Assembly (NCBI GenBank): GCA_964521095.1
Contig: CAZFPJ010000001.1
Span: 38,974 to 102,973, forward strand
Reading direction: 5' to 3'
Source of the DNA: an uncultured Candidatus Saccharibacteria bacterium
Lineage (GTDB): Bacteria; Patescibacteriota; Saccharimonadia; Saccharimonadales; 2-12-FULL-41-12
Length of the DNA: 64,000 bases
Shown here one piece after another: positions 50,564-59,048 of the stretch (its first letter is position 1; each line of letters starts with the position of its first letter). The notes under the pieces were generated by a model. That model was not told the origin of the DNA and did no database searches. It saw nothing but the letters and a program-made list of their open reading frames with translations. The position numbers were made by a program, and so were the translations under genes.

Positions 50564-50965
50564 ATGGCAGAAGAAGTAGTAAAGACAGTTACAAGAAAAA
50601 AGAAGGTCAAGCGAACCGTTGCAGTTGGCCAGGTTCATGTACTTGCAACCTTTAACAACACTATAGTTTCGGTTACCGACACCAAAGGCGGAGTACTTAC
50701 TCAGGCCAGTGCTGGTGCTTGCGGTTTCCGCGGTAGCAAAAAAGGCACAGCGTACGCAGCTCAGGTTGCTTCTGAGAAGGCAATTAACTCCGCAAAACAG
50801 CAATACAATTTATCCAAGGCAGATGTTTTTATCAAGGGTGTTGGCCTTGGGCGAGAAGCCGCTGTACGAGCTCTATCGTCCGCTAACATAAGTGTAGAGT
50901 CCATTACAGATGTTACCACCATTGCTCACGGAGGCTGTAGACCACGAAAGGCGCGGAGGTTGTAG
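50564..50965 (+). CDS. rpsK: 30S ribosomal protein S11
   Basis: HVLATFNNTIVSVTD...GFRGSKKGT. Confidence 0.97.
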   Translation: MAEEVVKTVTRKKKVKRTVAVGQVHVLATFNNTIVSVTDTKGGVLTQASAGACGFRGSKKGTAYAAQVASEKAINSAKQQYNLSKADVFIKGVGLGREAAVRALSSANISVESITDVTTIAHGGCRPRKARRL

Positions 50966-50968
50966 AAC

Positions 50969-51583
50969 ATGGCACGAGATAGACAATCAATTGTAAAAAT
51001 GAGTCGTCGTGAAGGCTATGCTCTTCATCCAAAGGCTCACAAGGCATTAGTTAAGCGACCAAATCCGCCCGGTCAACAACAGCGGTCTTTCCGCAACAAG
51101 CCTAGCCAATACTCTTTGCAACTTCGTGAAAAGCAAAAGGTAAAACGACTATATGGTCTTTTGGAGAGGCAGTTTAGAAACCTCATGAAAGAGGCAACCC
51201 GGGCTCAGGGCCAATCTGGCGAAGCGCTACTTAGGTTCCTAGAGCAAAGACTAGACAACGCAATCTACCGAGCGGGCTTTGCCGTTAGTCGTCGAGGCGC
51301 TAGACAACTAGTTACACACGGACATTTCGAGCTCAATGGTCGCAGAGTAGACATCCCATCCATTCGCCTAAAGCCAGGTGACAAGCTAACTCTTCGTAGC
51401 AAAAGTAAAAACAGCGACTACTTTAAGCGTCTAGACGAAGTCAGTCCAGCCGGAAACGATACTCCTGCATGGATCAAGGTCAACCGCAAAAAGTTCGAAG
51501 TAGAGGTTGTTGGTACGCCTTCCAGAGAAGAAGCTGAGATAGATATAAAAGAGCAATTAATAGTTGAGTATTACTCGCGTTAA
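50969..51583 (+). CDS. rpsD: 30S ribosomal protein S4
   Basis: 204 aa. LEQRLDNAIYRAGFAVSRRGARQLVTHGHF (S4 domain). Confidence 0.96.
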   Translation: MARDRQSIVKMSRREGYALHPKAHKALVKRPNPPGQQQRSFRNKPSQYSLQLREKQKVKRLYGLLERQFRNLMKEATRAQGQSGEALLRFLEQRLDNAIYRAGFAVSRRGARQLVTHGHFELNGRRVDIPSIRLKPGDKLTLRSKSKNSDYFKRLDEVSPAGNDTPAWIKVNRKKFEVEVVGTPSREEAEIDIKEQLIVEYYSR

Positions 51584-51602
51584 ATAAAGGAGACTAAATA
51601 AG

Positions 51603-52547
51603 ATGTCTAAAAATATTCATACACCCGGAATCGTACATGTCGAAGAGCACAGTGCTGTTTCTGCAAGTTTTTCAATAGAGCCCCTACACAGTGGCTACGG
51701 GATGACCCTTGGCAACAGTATTCGACGAGTTCTTTTGTCTTCTATTTCTGGCGCCGCTGTAACAGGATTCAAAGTAGATGGCGCAAGCCACGAATTTACT
51801 ACGCTAGCTGGCGTAAAAGAAGATGTAGTAGACATCATCTTGGCTCTCAAAGGAGTTCGATTCAAAGTATTCAGCGACGAGCCTCAGACTATTCGTCTTG
51901 TCAAGAAAGGCAAAGGCGCAGTTACAGCTAAAGATATCCAGACAAATGCCGATGTTGAAGTAGTGAATCCAAGTCATGTTATTGCGACCTTAGACGCCGA
52001 TAAGTCAAGCATTGCTATGGACATAATCGTCGAAAAAGGCCGAGGATACCGCACCGTAGCAGAGTTTTCTGGCAAAAAAGTAGTTTCTGACCTCATTAGC
52101 GTCGACGCTATCTTTAGTCCAGTCCAGCGAGTTCGATACAAGGTAGAGAACACTCGTGTTGGTCAGATGACAGACCTCGATAAACTAATCATTACTATCG
52201 ATACAGACGGTTCTATCACTCCAAAGGATGCCTTCGAAGAGGCTAACGCCATCTTGATTAACCAGTACACCGCATTGGCTGGTCAAACCAGAGTAGAAGC
52301 TGCACCATCGTTGACTACAAGCTCTGACGAGTCTAGCGCTAGCACAGAAGACGATTCTCCGGCTTTGATGACATCTATCGAAGACCTAAACCTTTCTGCC
52401 AGGACTACTAACGCACTTGTAAACAACGACATCCACATCCTAAAAGACCTATTCTCTCTTAGCGATGCAGAGCTTCGTGATCTAAAAGGATTTGGCAGTA
52501 AGGCCCTAGACGAAGTCAAAGAAAAAATGGCGGAGATGGAGTTCTAA
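51603..52547 (+). CDS. rpoA: DNA-directed RNA polymerase subunit alpha
   Basis: 314 aa. GNSIRRVLLSS N-terminal domain and a C-terminal domain (LNLSARTTNAL). Confidence 0.96.
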   Translation: MSKNIHTPGIVHVEEHSAVSASFSIEPLHSGYGMTLGNSIRRVLLSSISGAAVTGFKVDGASHEFTTLAGVKEDVVDIILALKGVRFKVFSDEPQTIRLVKKGKGAVTAKDIQTNADVEVVNPSHVIATLDADKSSIAMDIIVEKGRGYRTVAEFSGKKVVSDLISVDAIFSPVQRVRYKVENTRVGQMTDLDKLIITIDTDGSITPKDAFEEANAILINQYTALAGQTRVEAAPSLTTSSDESSASTEDDSPALMTSIEDLNLSARTTNALVNNDIHILKDLFSLSDAELRDLKGFGSKALDEVKEKMAEMEF

Positions 52548-52548
52548 G

Positions 52549-53028
52549 GTGCACCGACACGGATATAAAGGTCGTAAATTTGGAAGAGAGCGAGATCAAA
52601 GGCGCGCCCTTATCAAGGGTCTTGCGGATTCTCTGATAAAATACGAATCTATCGAAACAACACTACCAAAGGCCAAAGAGCTTAGCTCGTACACCGAAAA
52701 GCTAATCACCAAGGCTAAAAAGGGCAACCTTCATAGTCGCAGACAAGTCATTGCAAAATTGCAGACGCTTGACTCGGCTCACAAGTTGATGGACGAGATA
52801 GCACCAAAGCTATCTGCCAGAAATAGCGGTTATTTGCGAGTTGTTCGTACCAAGTTGCGTCGTGGAGACAACGCTCAGTTGGCGCGGATAAGCTTTGTAG
52901 ATGATCTTAGCAAGCCGGCTCCAAAGCCAGTAGCCAAGGTCGAGACCAAAAAGGTAGCTCCCGCTAAAAAGACATCTGTCAAAAAAGCATCTACAGCCAA
53001 GGCTAGCGCCTCGAAAGGAACCAAATAA
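52549..53028 (+). CDS. rplQ: 50S ribosomal protein L17
   Basis: GTG start, MHRHGYKGRKFGR, with a Lys/Ala-rich C-terminal tail. Confidence 0.94.
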   Translation: MHRHGYKGRKFGRERDQRRALIKGLADSLIKYESIETTLPKAKELSSYTEKLITKAKKGNLHSRRQVIAKLQTLDSAHKLMDEIAPKLSARNSGYLRVVRTKLRRGDNAQLARISFVDDLSKPAPKPVAKVETKKVAPAKKTSVKKASTAKASASKGTK

Positions 53029-53480
53029 TGAGCAACAAAAAGACTTATTCGCAAAAACCTACCGAAGTTAGCCGAAAATGGTTCGTTGTTGATGCCAGCG
53101 ACATTGCTTTGGGTCGTCTAAGCACTGTAGTTGCCGGACTTTTGCTGGGCAAAGGCAAGCCAACCTACACGGCACATGTAGACGGCGGTGACTTTGTAGT
53201 AGTAATTAACAGCGACCAGCTAGTTGTTACTGGCGACAAGCTAAACAAGAAAATCTATTACCGACACACCCACTACCCTGGAGGCCTAAAAGAGACCGCT
53301 CTAAAGGACAAGATCGAAAAAGATTCTACAGAAGTGATAACACTTGCTGTTCGTGGCATGTTGCCAGCCAACAAGTTGCGCGACGGTCGTCTAAAACGCC
53401 TCAAGGTCTATACTGGTAACGATCACAATCATTCGGCTCAGGCTCCAGAAGTTCTTGATCTAAAGAAAGGTAAAGCATAA
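53028..53480 (+). CDS. rplM: 50S ribosomal protein L13
   Basis: 150 aa. WFVVDASDIALGRLST. Overlaps the rplQ stop. Confidence 0.95.
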   Translation: MSNKKTYSQKPTEVSRKWFVVDASDIALGRLSTVVAGLLLGKGKPTYTAHVDGGDFVVVINSDQLVVTGDKLNKKIYYRHTHYPGGLKETALKDKIEKDSTEVITLAVRGMLPANKLRDGRLKRLKVYTGNDHNHSAQAPEVLDLKKGKA

Positions 53481-53872
53481 TGGCATATTTTTACGCACTA
53501 GGACGACGCAAGAGTTCTACAGCCAGAGTACGGTTAACCCCAAAAGGCAAAGGTACAATCGTTATTAACGACAAGCCAGTTAACGAATATTTTGCGGACA
53601 GTCAGTACATAATTCACGAGCTAGAAAAGCCTTTTTCTGCACTAGAGCAAGAAAACACATACACTATCACTGTTAAAGTATCTGGTGGTGGAAATACTGG
53701 GCAGGCTCAGGCTATCCAGCTTGGTATTGCCAAGGCATTGGTAGAGATGAACCCAGACTACAAGAGCACCCTAAAGCGAGCCGACCTGCTTGGACGAGAC
53801 CCCCGCGAAAAAGAACGAAAGAAATTTGGCCTTAAAGGCGCTCGAAAGCAACGACAGTTTACCAAACGATAG
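53480..53872 (+). CDS. rpsI: 30S ribosomal protein S9
   Basis: GRRKSSTARVRL...RDPREKERKKFGLKGARKQRQFTKR. Confidence 0.96.
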   Translation: MAYFYALGRRKSSTARVRLTPKGKGTIVINDKPVNEYFADSQYIIHELEKPFSALEQENTYTITVKVSGGGNTGQAQAIQLGIAKALVEMNPDYKSTLKRADLLGRDPREKERKKFGLKGARKQRQFTKR

Positions 53873-53966
53873 AAACCTCTTTGTTTTTGTTTGTAAGAGT
53901 TTTAAGTTTTAGCTCAATAAATTATGAGAAGTTTACGCATGTATTCGGGTATAATTAATAGTAATT

Positions 53967-55097
53967 ATGAGTAAACAAGTAATATTAACTGGTCTTAGAG
54001 CCAATAACGATCTTCATATTGGCAATTATCTGGGGGCTTTGCTTCCTATTGTCGATATGGCAAAAAATAAATCAAAAGACTATCAGATCAATTTGTTTGT
54101 GCCAGACTTGCATAGTTTTACTACGCCAATCGACCACAGTAAATTGCAGGCTCAAATTATGCAAAATTTACGAGTTTTTGTGGCCTCTGGCCTGCCATTG
54201 GACGACGATAATGTTAACTTGTATCGTCAAAGCTACATCCCAGCGCATTCAGAGCTGACCATCATCCTTAACAGTTTTACTGGCTTTGGCGAGATGAGTC
54301 GCATGACTCAGTTTAAAGAAAAGAGTGCAATCACATACCCTGAAGTACGGACTTATGAGAATGTAATCCCTAAAGCCGAAGAGAAATCGGGCCTTAATAG
54401 ACAAGTCAATGTGGTTGATGTGCCAAGAGCGCACACAAACAGCAGAACTAGTGTTGGACTTTTCGACTATCCAGTGCTAATGGCGTCAGATATTTTGTTG
54501 TACAACACTACATATGTACCGGTTGGCGACGACCAGTCGCAACACCTAGAGTTTACGCGTGACATTGCCGAGCGTATGAACAACAAATTTGGGGATCTGT
54601 TTGTTGTGCCAAAACCGGTCAAAGACCAGCACGCATTGTTTGGCAAAGACCAGGGTTTGCGCATCAAAGACTTACAAGACCCTTCTAAAAAAATGAGCAA
54701 GAGTGACGAGTCCGGTAAGGGCATAATATTTATGAGCGACTCCCCAGAGGAGGCTCGAGGGAAGATCATGAGTGCAACAACAGATAGTCTAGCTAGCGTA
54801 GCTTACGATCCTATAAACCAGCCAGGAATTGCTAACTTGCTACAGATACACGCCTTGCTAAAGGGGCAGTCTGTAGCAGAATCCGCCAAAGAATTTGCTG
54901 GGCAATCACAGTATGGCGAATTTAAAAATGCAGTTGCAGAAGTTGTGGTCTCCTTTTTGTCAGATTTTCAGAGCAACCTAAGTCAAGTTGATGATGCCAA
55001 AATTATCGACAAGCTCCAAAAGGACGAAGCCAAGATGGGTGATATTGCCCAGCAGACACTTCAGAAGGTTCAAAAAGCTGTAGGCTTAAGGAGCTAG
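53967..55097 (+). CDS. trpS: tryptophanyl-tRNA synthetase
   Basis: LHIGNYLG (HIGH-type) and KMSKS motifs. 376 aa with an insertion of ~40 aa relative to compact TrpRS. Confidence 0.9.
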   Translation: MSKQVILTGLRANNDLHIGNYLGALLPIVDMAKNKSKDYQINLFVPDLHSFTTPIDHSKLQAQIMQNLRVFVASGLPLDDDNVNLYRQSYIPAHSELTIILNSFTGFGEMSRMTQFKEKSAITYPEVRTYENVIPKAEEKSGLNRQVNVVDVPRAHTNSRTSVGLFDYPVLMASDILLYNTTYVPVGDDQSQHLEFTRDIAERMNNKFGDLFVVPKPVKDQHALFGKDQGLRIKDLQDPSKKMSKSDESGKGIIFMSDSPEEARGKIMSATTDSLASVAYDPINQPGIANLLQIHALLKGQSVAESAKEFAGQSQYGEFKNAVAEVVVSFLSDFQSNLSQVDDAKIIDKLQKDEAKMGDIAQQTLQKVQKAVGLRS

Positions 55098-55098
55098 C

Positions 55099-55950
55099 GT
55101 GGAGGATAGCGCTCGGCTTGATATTTTTGTAGCAAAACAATTGCCGGATTTACCCAGAACCCACGCTCGTAGACTGATAGACACCGAGCAAGTTCTAGTT
55201 AACGGTCAGCCTGTTACAAAAGCTGGGTATCGCTTGCGAGCTACAGACGAGGTACAGATACTCCAGTCTCATATATCCCAAGACATTCCTAAAATCAGTA
55301 TCCCAATATTGTACGAAGACGAAGACTGCGTGGTCATCAACAAGCCTGTCGGTTTGCTGTCGCACAGTAAAGGTGCATTCAACCCCGAACCAACCGTTGC
55401 TTCGTGGCTAGCCAATATGTATACAGACAAGTCAGAGGGCGACCGTGACGGGATTGTGCATAGGCTAGACAGGGGTACCAGCGGAGTCATGATCTGCGCC
55501 AAAAACATCACCGCCCAAAAGTTTTTACAAAAGCAATTTTCTGTTCGTAAGGTCAAAAAAACCTACATAGCCTTGATAGAAGATACTATGGATCCGCCTC
55601 AGGCTGTTATAGATATGCCTATCCAGCGCAACCCAAAAGAACCCCAGAGGTTTAGAGTTGGAGCAAACGGCAAACCTTCTGTAACTGCTTATAAAACTCT
55701 CAAAACTATCAAACATAAAGACCATGCATTTAGCACCATAGAGCTAAAGCCGACAACCGGACGAACGCATCAGTTGCGTGTGCACCTAGGATACTTCAAG
55801 CACCCGATAGTAGGAGATAGCTTCTACAAGGGGTTAGAGGCTGACCGCCTGTATTTGCATGCCCAGTCGCTAGAGATTACTTTGCCGAACAAGCAAAGAA
55901 AAACATTTATAGCAGAGTTGCCTGCAGAGTTCGAGGAGCCAAAGGTATGA
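55099..55950 (+). CDS. RluA/RluD-family pseudouridine synthase
   Basis: GTG start, N-terminal S4-like region and the catalytic HRLDRGTSG motif. Confidence 0.88.
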   Translation: MEDSARLDIFVAKQLPDLPRTHARRLIDTEQVLVNGQPVTKAGYRLRATDEVQILQSHISQDIPKISIPILYEDEDCVVINKPVGLLSHSKGAFNPEPTVASWLANMYTDKSEGDRDGIVHRLDRGTSGVMICAKNITAQKFLQKQFSVRKVKKTYIALIEDTMDPPQAVIDMPIQRNPKEPQRFRVGANGKPSVTAYKTLKTIKHKDHAFSTIELKPTTGRTHQLRVHLGYFKHPIVGDSFYKGLEADRLYLHAQSLEITLPNKQRKTFIAELPAEFEEPKV

Positions 55951-56795
55951 AGCCAATCACCAGTGCTTACACCGACGAACAGCTAGCCGTTCTGGCCAGC
56001 AACTCAATGGGGGTGGTTGGGCTAGTCGCTCCTAAAGGGGGCGGAAAGCAGTTCTTAGCAGAGCATTTAGCGGATACTATTTTGGACAGCCAGTATTTTG
56101 CATACAAAAAGGTAGTTGTTGCGGTTAGTAAAGACGGTACAGACATGGCCCGCGACCTACAGAGCTTTTTAAAGTTAACTGTACCGGGCAAGGACTCGCT
56201 CAAAAGAGTATTGGTCATAGCCGATTTCGATAACTTTGGGCATAATGCACAAAACGCTTTGCTAAAAACACTCGAGGAGCCACCCCTAGACACCAGCATC
56301 ATAATTACGGTATCAGACACAAAAAAAATATTAGACACAATCCGCTCACGAGTCAGGTGGCATAGGCTGCACCCATTATCTTTAGACGAAGCAAAAAGTC
56401 AGCTCAAAGGGTACAATGACGCAGAGGTAGAAAAGGCTTGGCATATCAGCCAGGGTAGTGCTGGTTTGTTGGTTAATCTTTTGCAAGAGGGCAGTGACCA
56501 CGAGATGGTGCAGGCAATAAACATCGCCAAAGAACTGTTAAAGCAAGATACTTACGGGCGTCTCGTACAGATAGACAAGATACTAAAACAAAAAGACTTT
56601 AACATGAGTTTGCTACTAGATGCCATGAGCAGGCTTTTGCGTTCTGCTCTACACAACGCATCCAAAAAGCCTTCTTCGAGCAAAGTTACAGCCACTCTAG
56701 TTGGCCAGATAAAGCAAGTATCAACAGCGCAGGATTTGTGCGACCGCAATGTACACTCAAAAGCAATTTTAACAAACCTATTTTACGCCCTGTAG
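55947..56795 (+). CDS. holB: DNA polymerase III delta'-like subunit
   Basis: QNALLKTLEEPP box, degenerate P-loop (APKGGGKQ), SRV(R) sensor. ATGA overlap with the upstream gene. Confidence 0.75.
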   Translation: MKPITSAYTDEQLAVLASNSMGVVGLVAPKGGGKQFLAEHLADTILDSQYFAYKKVVVAVSKDGTDMARDLQSFLKLTVPGKDSLKRVLVIADFDNFGHNAQNALLKTLEEPPLDTSIIITVSDTKKILDTIRSRVRWHRLHPLSLDEAKSQLKGYNDAEVEKAWHISQGSAGLLVNLLQEGSDHEMVQAINIAKELLKQDTYGRLVQIDKILKQKDFNMSLLLDAMSRLLRSALHNASKKPSSSKVTATLVGQIKQVSTAQDLCDRNVHSKAILTNLFYAL

Positions 56796-56822
56796 GTTAA
56801 AAATGGTATAATGAGACACTAG

Positions 56823-57497
56823 ATGTACGAATTATTAGCAGTCGCAGGATTTGGGTGGTTAACGCTTCGAGCTTTCTCTCACCACAAAAAAGAACTAGAG
56901 GACGACATTCCACAAAAGATGGTCGACCGAGTCGGTAAACTTTGGGATATTGTGCACCAGGGTATGCGAGACAACCGTTTGCTTCGTGCCGAAAAAGCAC
57001 TTTTAACTATCCTCAAAATTGACGAAAAAAACGCCCCTGCTTATAACCGACTAGGCATTTTGTATGCCAAGCAAAAAGAGTACAAAGACGCTATAGACTG
57101 CTTCGAGATAGCTAGCGGTATAGACCCAAGTCCCTCAAGCCTACACAACCTAGGGCTTATTTATTACGAGACAGAAAACTACGAAAAGGCTTCTATAGCT
57201 TTCGAGCATGCCCTAGAGATAGACGACACTATGGCCGCAAGACACATCGCCCTAGCCAAAGCCCTAGAGCATATCGGTAACGAAAAACTCATGCTAGAGC
57301 ACTTAGAACGAGCATCAGAGCTAGAGCCAAGCAAAGAAAGCCTCACTCTGCTCGCCAAAGGCTATCGCCAGCGAGGTATGGAAGACAAGGCCGACCTGGT
57401 CGAAGACAAGCTCAAAAAACTAGCAAAGCCAACAGCCACCACCAAGAAAAGTGCTAGACGCCTTCGGGTCAGGCGACCAAAACGCGTTGTATTATAA
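56823..57497 (+). CDS. TPR-repeat protein with an N-terminal membrane anchor
   Basis: Repeated AxxxLGxxYxxxxxYxxAIxxFExAL units and a basic C-terminal tail. Confidence 0.8.
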   Translation: MYELLAVAGFGWLTLRAFSHHKKELEDDIPQKMVDRVGKLWDIVHQGMRDNRLLRAEKALLTILKIDEKNAPAYNRLGILYAKQKEYKDAIDCFEIASGIDPSPSSLHNLGLIYYETENYEKASIAFEHALEIDDTMAARHIALAKALEHIGNEKLMLEHLERASELEPSKESLTLLAKGYRQRGMEDKADLVEDKLKKLAKPTATTKKSARRLRVRRPKRVVL

Positions 57498-57520
57498 AAG
57501 ATAAACTAGGTTAATATCTT

Positions 57521-58033
57521 TTAGTCTTCTTCGTCTGATTCGGGGCTAGTTAGCGCTCCGTATTCCGCCAACAAAGCGTGTGTTTGCTCTGCAAAATCTA
57601 TGCCAAACTCTTCTTGCATCGGTTCATACATCTGGCTAGCCCCGTCGTGGGTTTCAGCAAATGCAATTACTGTTCCCAGAGTGTCTTTGATATGTTCGGG
57701 CAATCGCTCTGTATTAAAATAGTCAAAGTCTTGTTCGTACACCTCAGAAGCGTCTACGGCCCAACCGAGGGGCGTTTTTATTACAAAAACAGGCGCCGCA
57801 CAATCTTCGTCGTACAAAAAACTTTCCATATCATGACAATCATCTTTGTTGCCATCTCCATAAACTCTGTCACCTATGTCTAGGTATACCACTCCGGTTC
57901 TGTCCACGATTAGTGAGTCTTCGGACACTACAAATACTTCATTTTCTGCAATGTCTTCAATGACTTTGGTCAGCTGTTCTTTGGGTATGCGGTGGGGTTC
58001 GGCGTCAAACCTGCCTTCAAAACTCTCAAACAT
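57521..58033 (-). CDS. hypothetical highly acidic protein
   Basis: 170 aa from the ATG at 58033, rich in Asp/Glu, with the C-terminus ending SPESDEED. A TATAAT box (58048-58043) lies 9 nt upstream of the ATG. Confidence 0.6.
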   Translation of the reverse strand: MFESFEGRFDAEPHRIPKEQLTKVIEDIAENEVFVVSEDSLIVDRTGVVYLDIGDRVYGDGNKDDCHDMESFLYDEDCAAPVFVIKTPLGWAVDASEVYEQDFDYFNTERLPEHIKDTLGTVIAFAETHDGASQMYEPMQEEFGIDFAEQTHALLAEYGALTSPESDEED

Positions 58034-58074
58034 GATACCTATATTATACAATAGAAGAATCAAATAATAAAGAC

Positions 58075-58225
58075 ATGCAGGGAGAGGGATTCGCCTCGCT
58101 TCCAGCGAGCCCGAAACTTCGCGATTGGCAAACTAGTTGCCATCGGAAGGTTTCCTTGCGAAATGCCACAGGCATTTCTCACCCCGAAGGCTTTCCCCTC
58201 GAGTGTTTGAATCTGTCCGGCCCAA
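58075..58225. other. hairpin-dense intergenic element (possible ncRNA, strand uncertain)
   Basis: Stems at 58095-58109 (CTCGCT/AGCGAG), 58126-58142 (TGGCAA/TTGCCA), 58145-58155, 58160-58178 (8 bp GAAATGCC/GGCATTTC) and 58183-58190 (a UUCG tetraloop on the minus strand). GAGGG (58084-58088) and CCCTC (58196-58200) close the element. Confidence 0.3.
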
Positions 58226-58227
58226 GC

Positions 58228-58249
58228 AAAAACCCCACAAGATGTGGGG
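58228..58249 (-). terminator. rho-independent terminator after the tRNA-Thr/tRNA-Tyr pair
   Basis: On the minus strand: CCCCACA-TCT-TGTGGGG followed by TTTTT. Confidence 0.75.
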
Positions 58250-58257
58250 CCATTGCT

Positions 58258-58343
58258 TGGTGCAGGGTGTAGGATTCGAACCTACGAAGGCATAAGCCGA
58301 CAGATTTACAGTCTGTTGTGTTTGACCGCTTCACTAACCCTGC
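58258..58343 (-). tRNA. tRNA-Tyr(GUA), CCA encoded
   Basis: Acceptor GCAGGGT/ACCCTGC, anticodon loop CUGUAAA, long variable arm and T-arm GTAGG-TTCGAAT-CCTAC. Confidence 0.9.
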
Positions 58344-58353
58344 GGAATATATC

Positions 58354-58371
58354 TGGAGCCACCTGTCGGAT
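58354..58371 (-). repeat. orphan copy of the last 18 nt of tRNA-Thr(UGU)
   Basis: TGGAGCCACCTGTCGGAT is identical to 58437-58454. It lies 10 nt upstream of the tRNA-Tyr 5' end on the minus strand. Confidence 0.85.
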
Positions 58372-58436
58372 ATCGCTTACGCTCCTTCCTGCGCTCCTCG
58401 TCCGCCGAACCTTCGGTTCTCATGCCGACGGGCTCG

Positions 58437-58513
58437 TGGAGCCACCTGTCGGATTCGAACCGACGACCCCCTGTTTACAAAACAGGTGCTCTAACCAGCT
58501 GAGCTAAGGTGGC
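58437..58513 (-). tRNA. tRNA-Thr(UGU), CCA encoded
   Basis: Acceptor GCCACCT/AGGTGGC, anticodon loop UUUGUAA and T-arm GTCGG-TTCGAAT-CCGAC. Confidence 0.92.
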
Positions 58514-58545
58514 ACAAACTATTGATTTGTTAATTCTTCTGCTAT

Positions 58546-58559
58546 AGCTGGTTAGAGCA
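58546..58559. repeat. inverted copy of the tRNA-Thr(UGU) D-arm segment
   Basis: AGCTGGTTAGAGCA is the exact reverse complement of 58487-58500, which lies inside the tRNA gene. Confidence 0.8.
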
Positions 58560-58593
58560 AAATACTTATTAATCTATTCTGCAGTAAACTGCG

Positions 58594-58613
58594 CCAGCTG
58601 AGCTAAGGTGGCA
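58594..58613 (-). repeat. orphan copy of the first ~19 nt of tRNA-Thr(UGU)
   Basis: CCAGCTGAGCTAAGGTGGCA is identical to 58495-58514. It lies 100 bp upstream of the gene on the minus strand. Confidence 0.85.
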
Positions 58614-58713
58614 AATTACAGATACAAGTCTATCAAAAAAATGCAAAAATTCCTAATCTGTTCAACTACTTTTTTATAGAGGTAGTTTCTGGTATAGTAA
58701 ATTGCAGTTTGAT

Positions 58714-58788
58714 GCCATCTTAGCTCAGGGGTAGAGCACATCCATGGTAAGGATGGGGTCCCGGGTTCAAATCCCGGAGATGGCTCCA
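58714..58788 (+). tRNA. tRNA-Thr(GGU), CCA encoded
   Basis: Acceptor GCCATCT/AGATGGC, anticodon loop AUGGUAA and T-arm CCGGG-TTCAAAT-CCCGG. Confidence 0.92.
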
Positions 58789-58835
58789 ATTTTAAGTATT
58801 GAAAAAACATAACTAATCTGTTAATATTATAACTT

Positions 58836-59042
58836 ATGGCAAAAAAAGGTGACAAACGAAAATTAGTAGGACTTGTTTCGGAAGAAACAGGGCATAGAAC
58901 CTATTACACAAAAAAGAATGTCCAAAACACTCCGGACAAGCTAGAACTACGCAAGTACGACCCGATCGCTCGCAAGCATGTACTATATGTCGAGACCAAG
59001 AAAAACCTCGGTCGAAACGAAGTCAAGCCTCGCAAAAAGTAA
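58836..59042 (+). CDS. rpmG: 50S ribosomal protein L33 (Cys-free form)
   Basis: 68 aa. RTYYTKKN...[21 protein letters not shown] pattern. No CxxC. Confidence 0.88.
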   Translation: MAKKGDKRKLVGLVSEETGHRTYYTKKNVQNTPDKLELRKYDPIARKHVLYVETKKNLGRNEVKPRKK

Positions 59043-59048
59043 TCAGAC

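Noticed and set aside
58075-58855. Track ORFs 58075-58272(+), 58244-58507(+) and 58616-58855(-)
   Set aside because: They run through tRNA-Tyr, tRNA-Thr(UGU) and tRNA-Thr(GGU) and their spacers, and they lack RBSs. They are artefacts of structured, stop-poor RNA-gene sequence.
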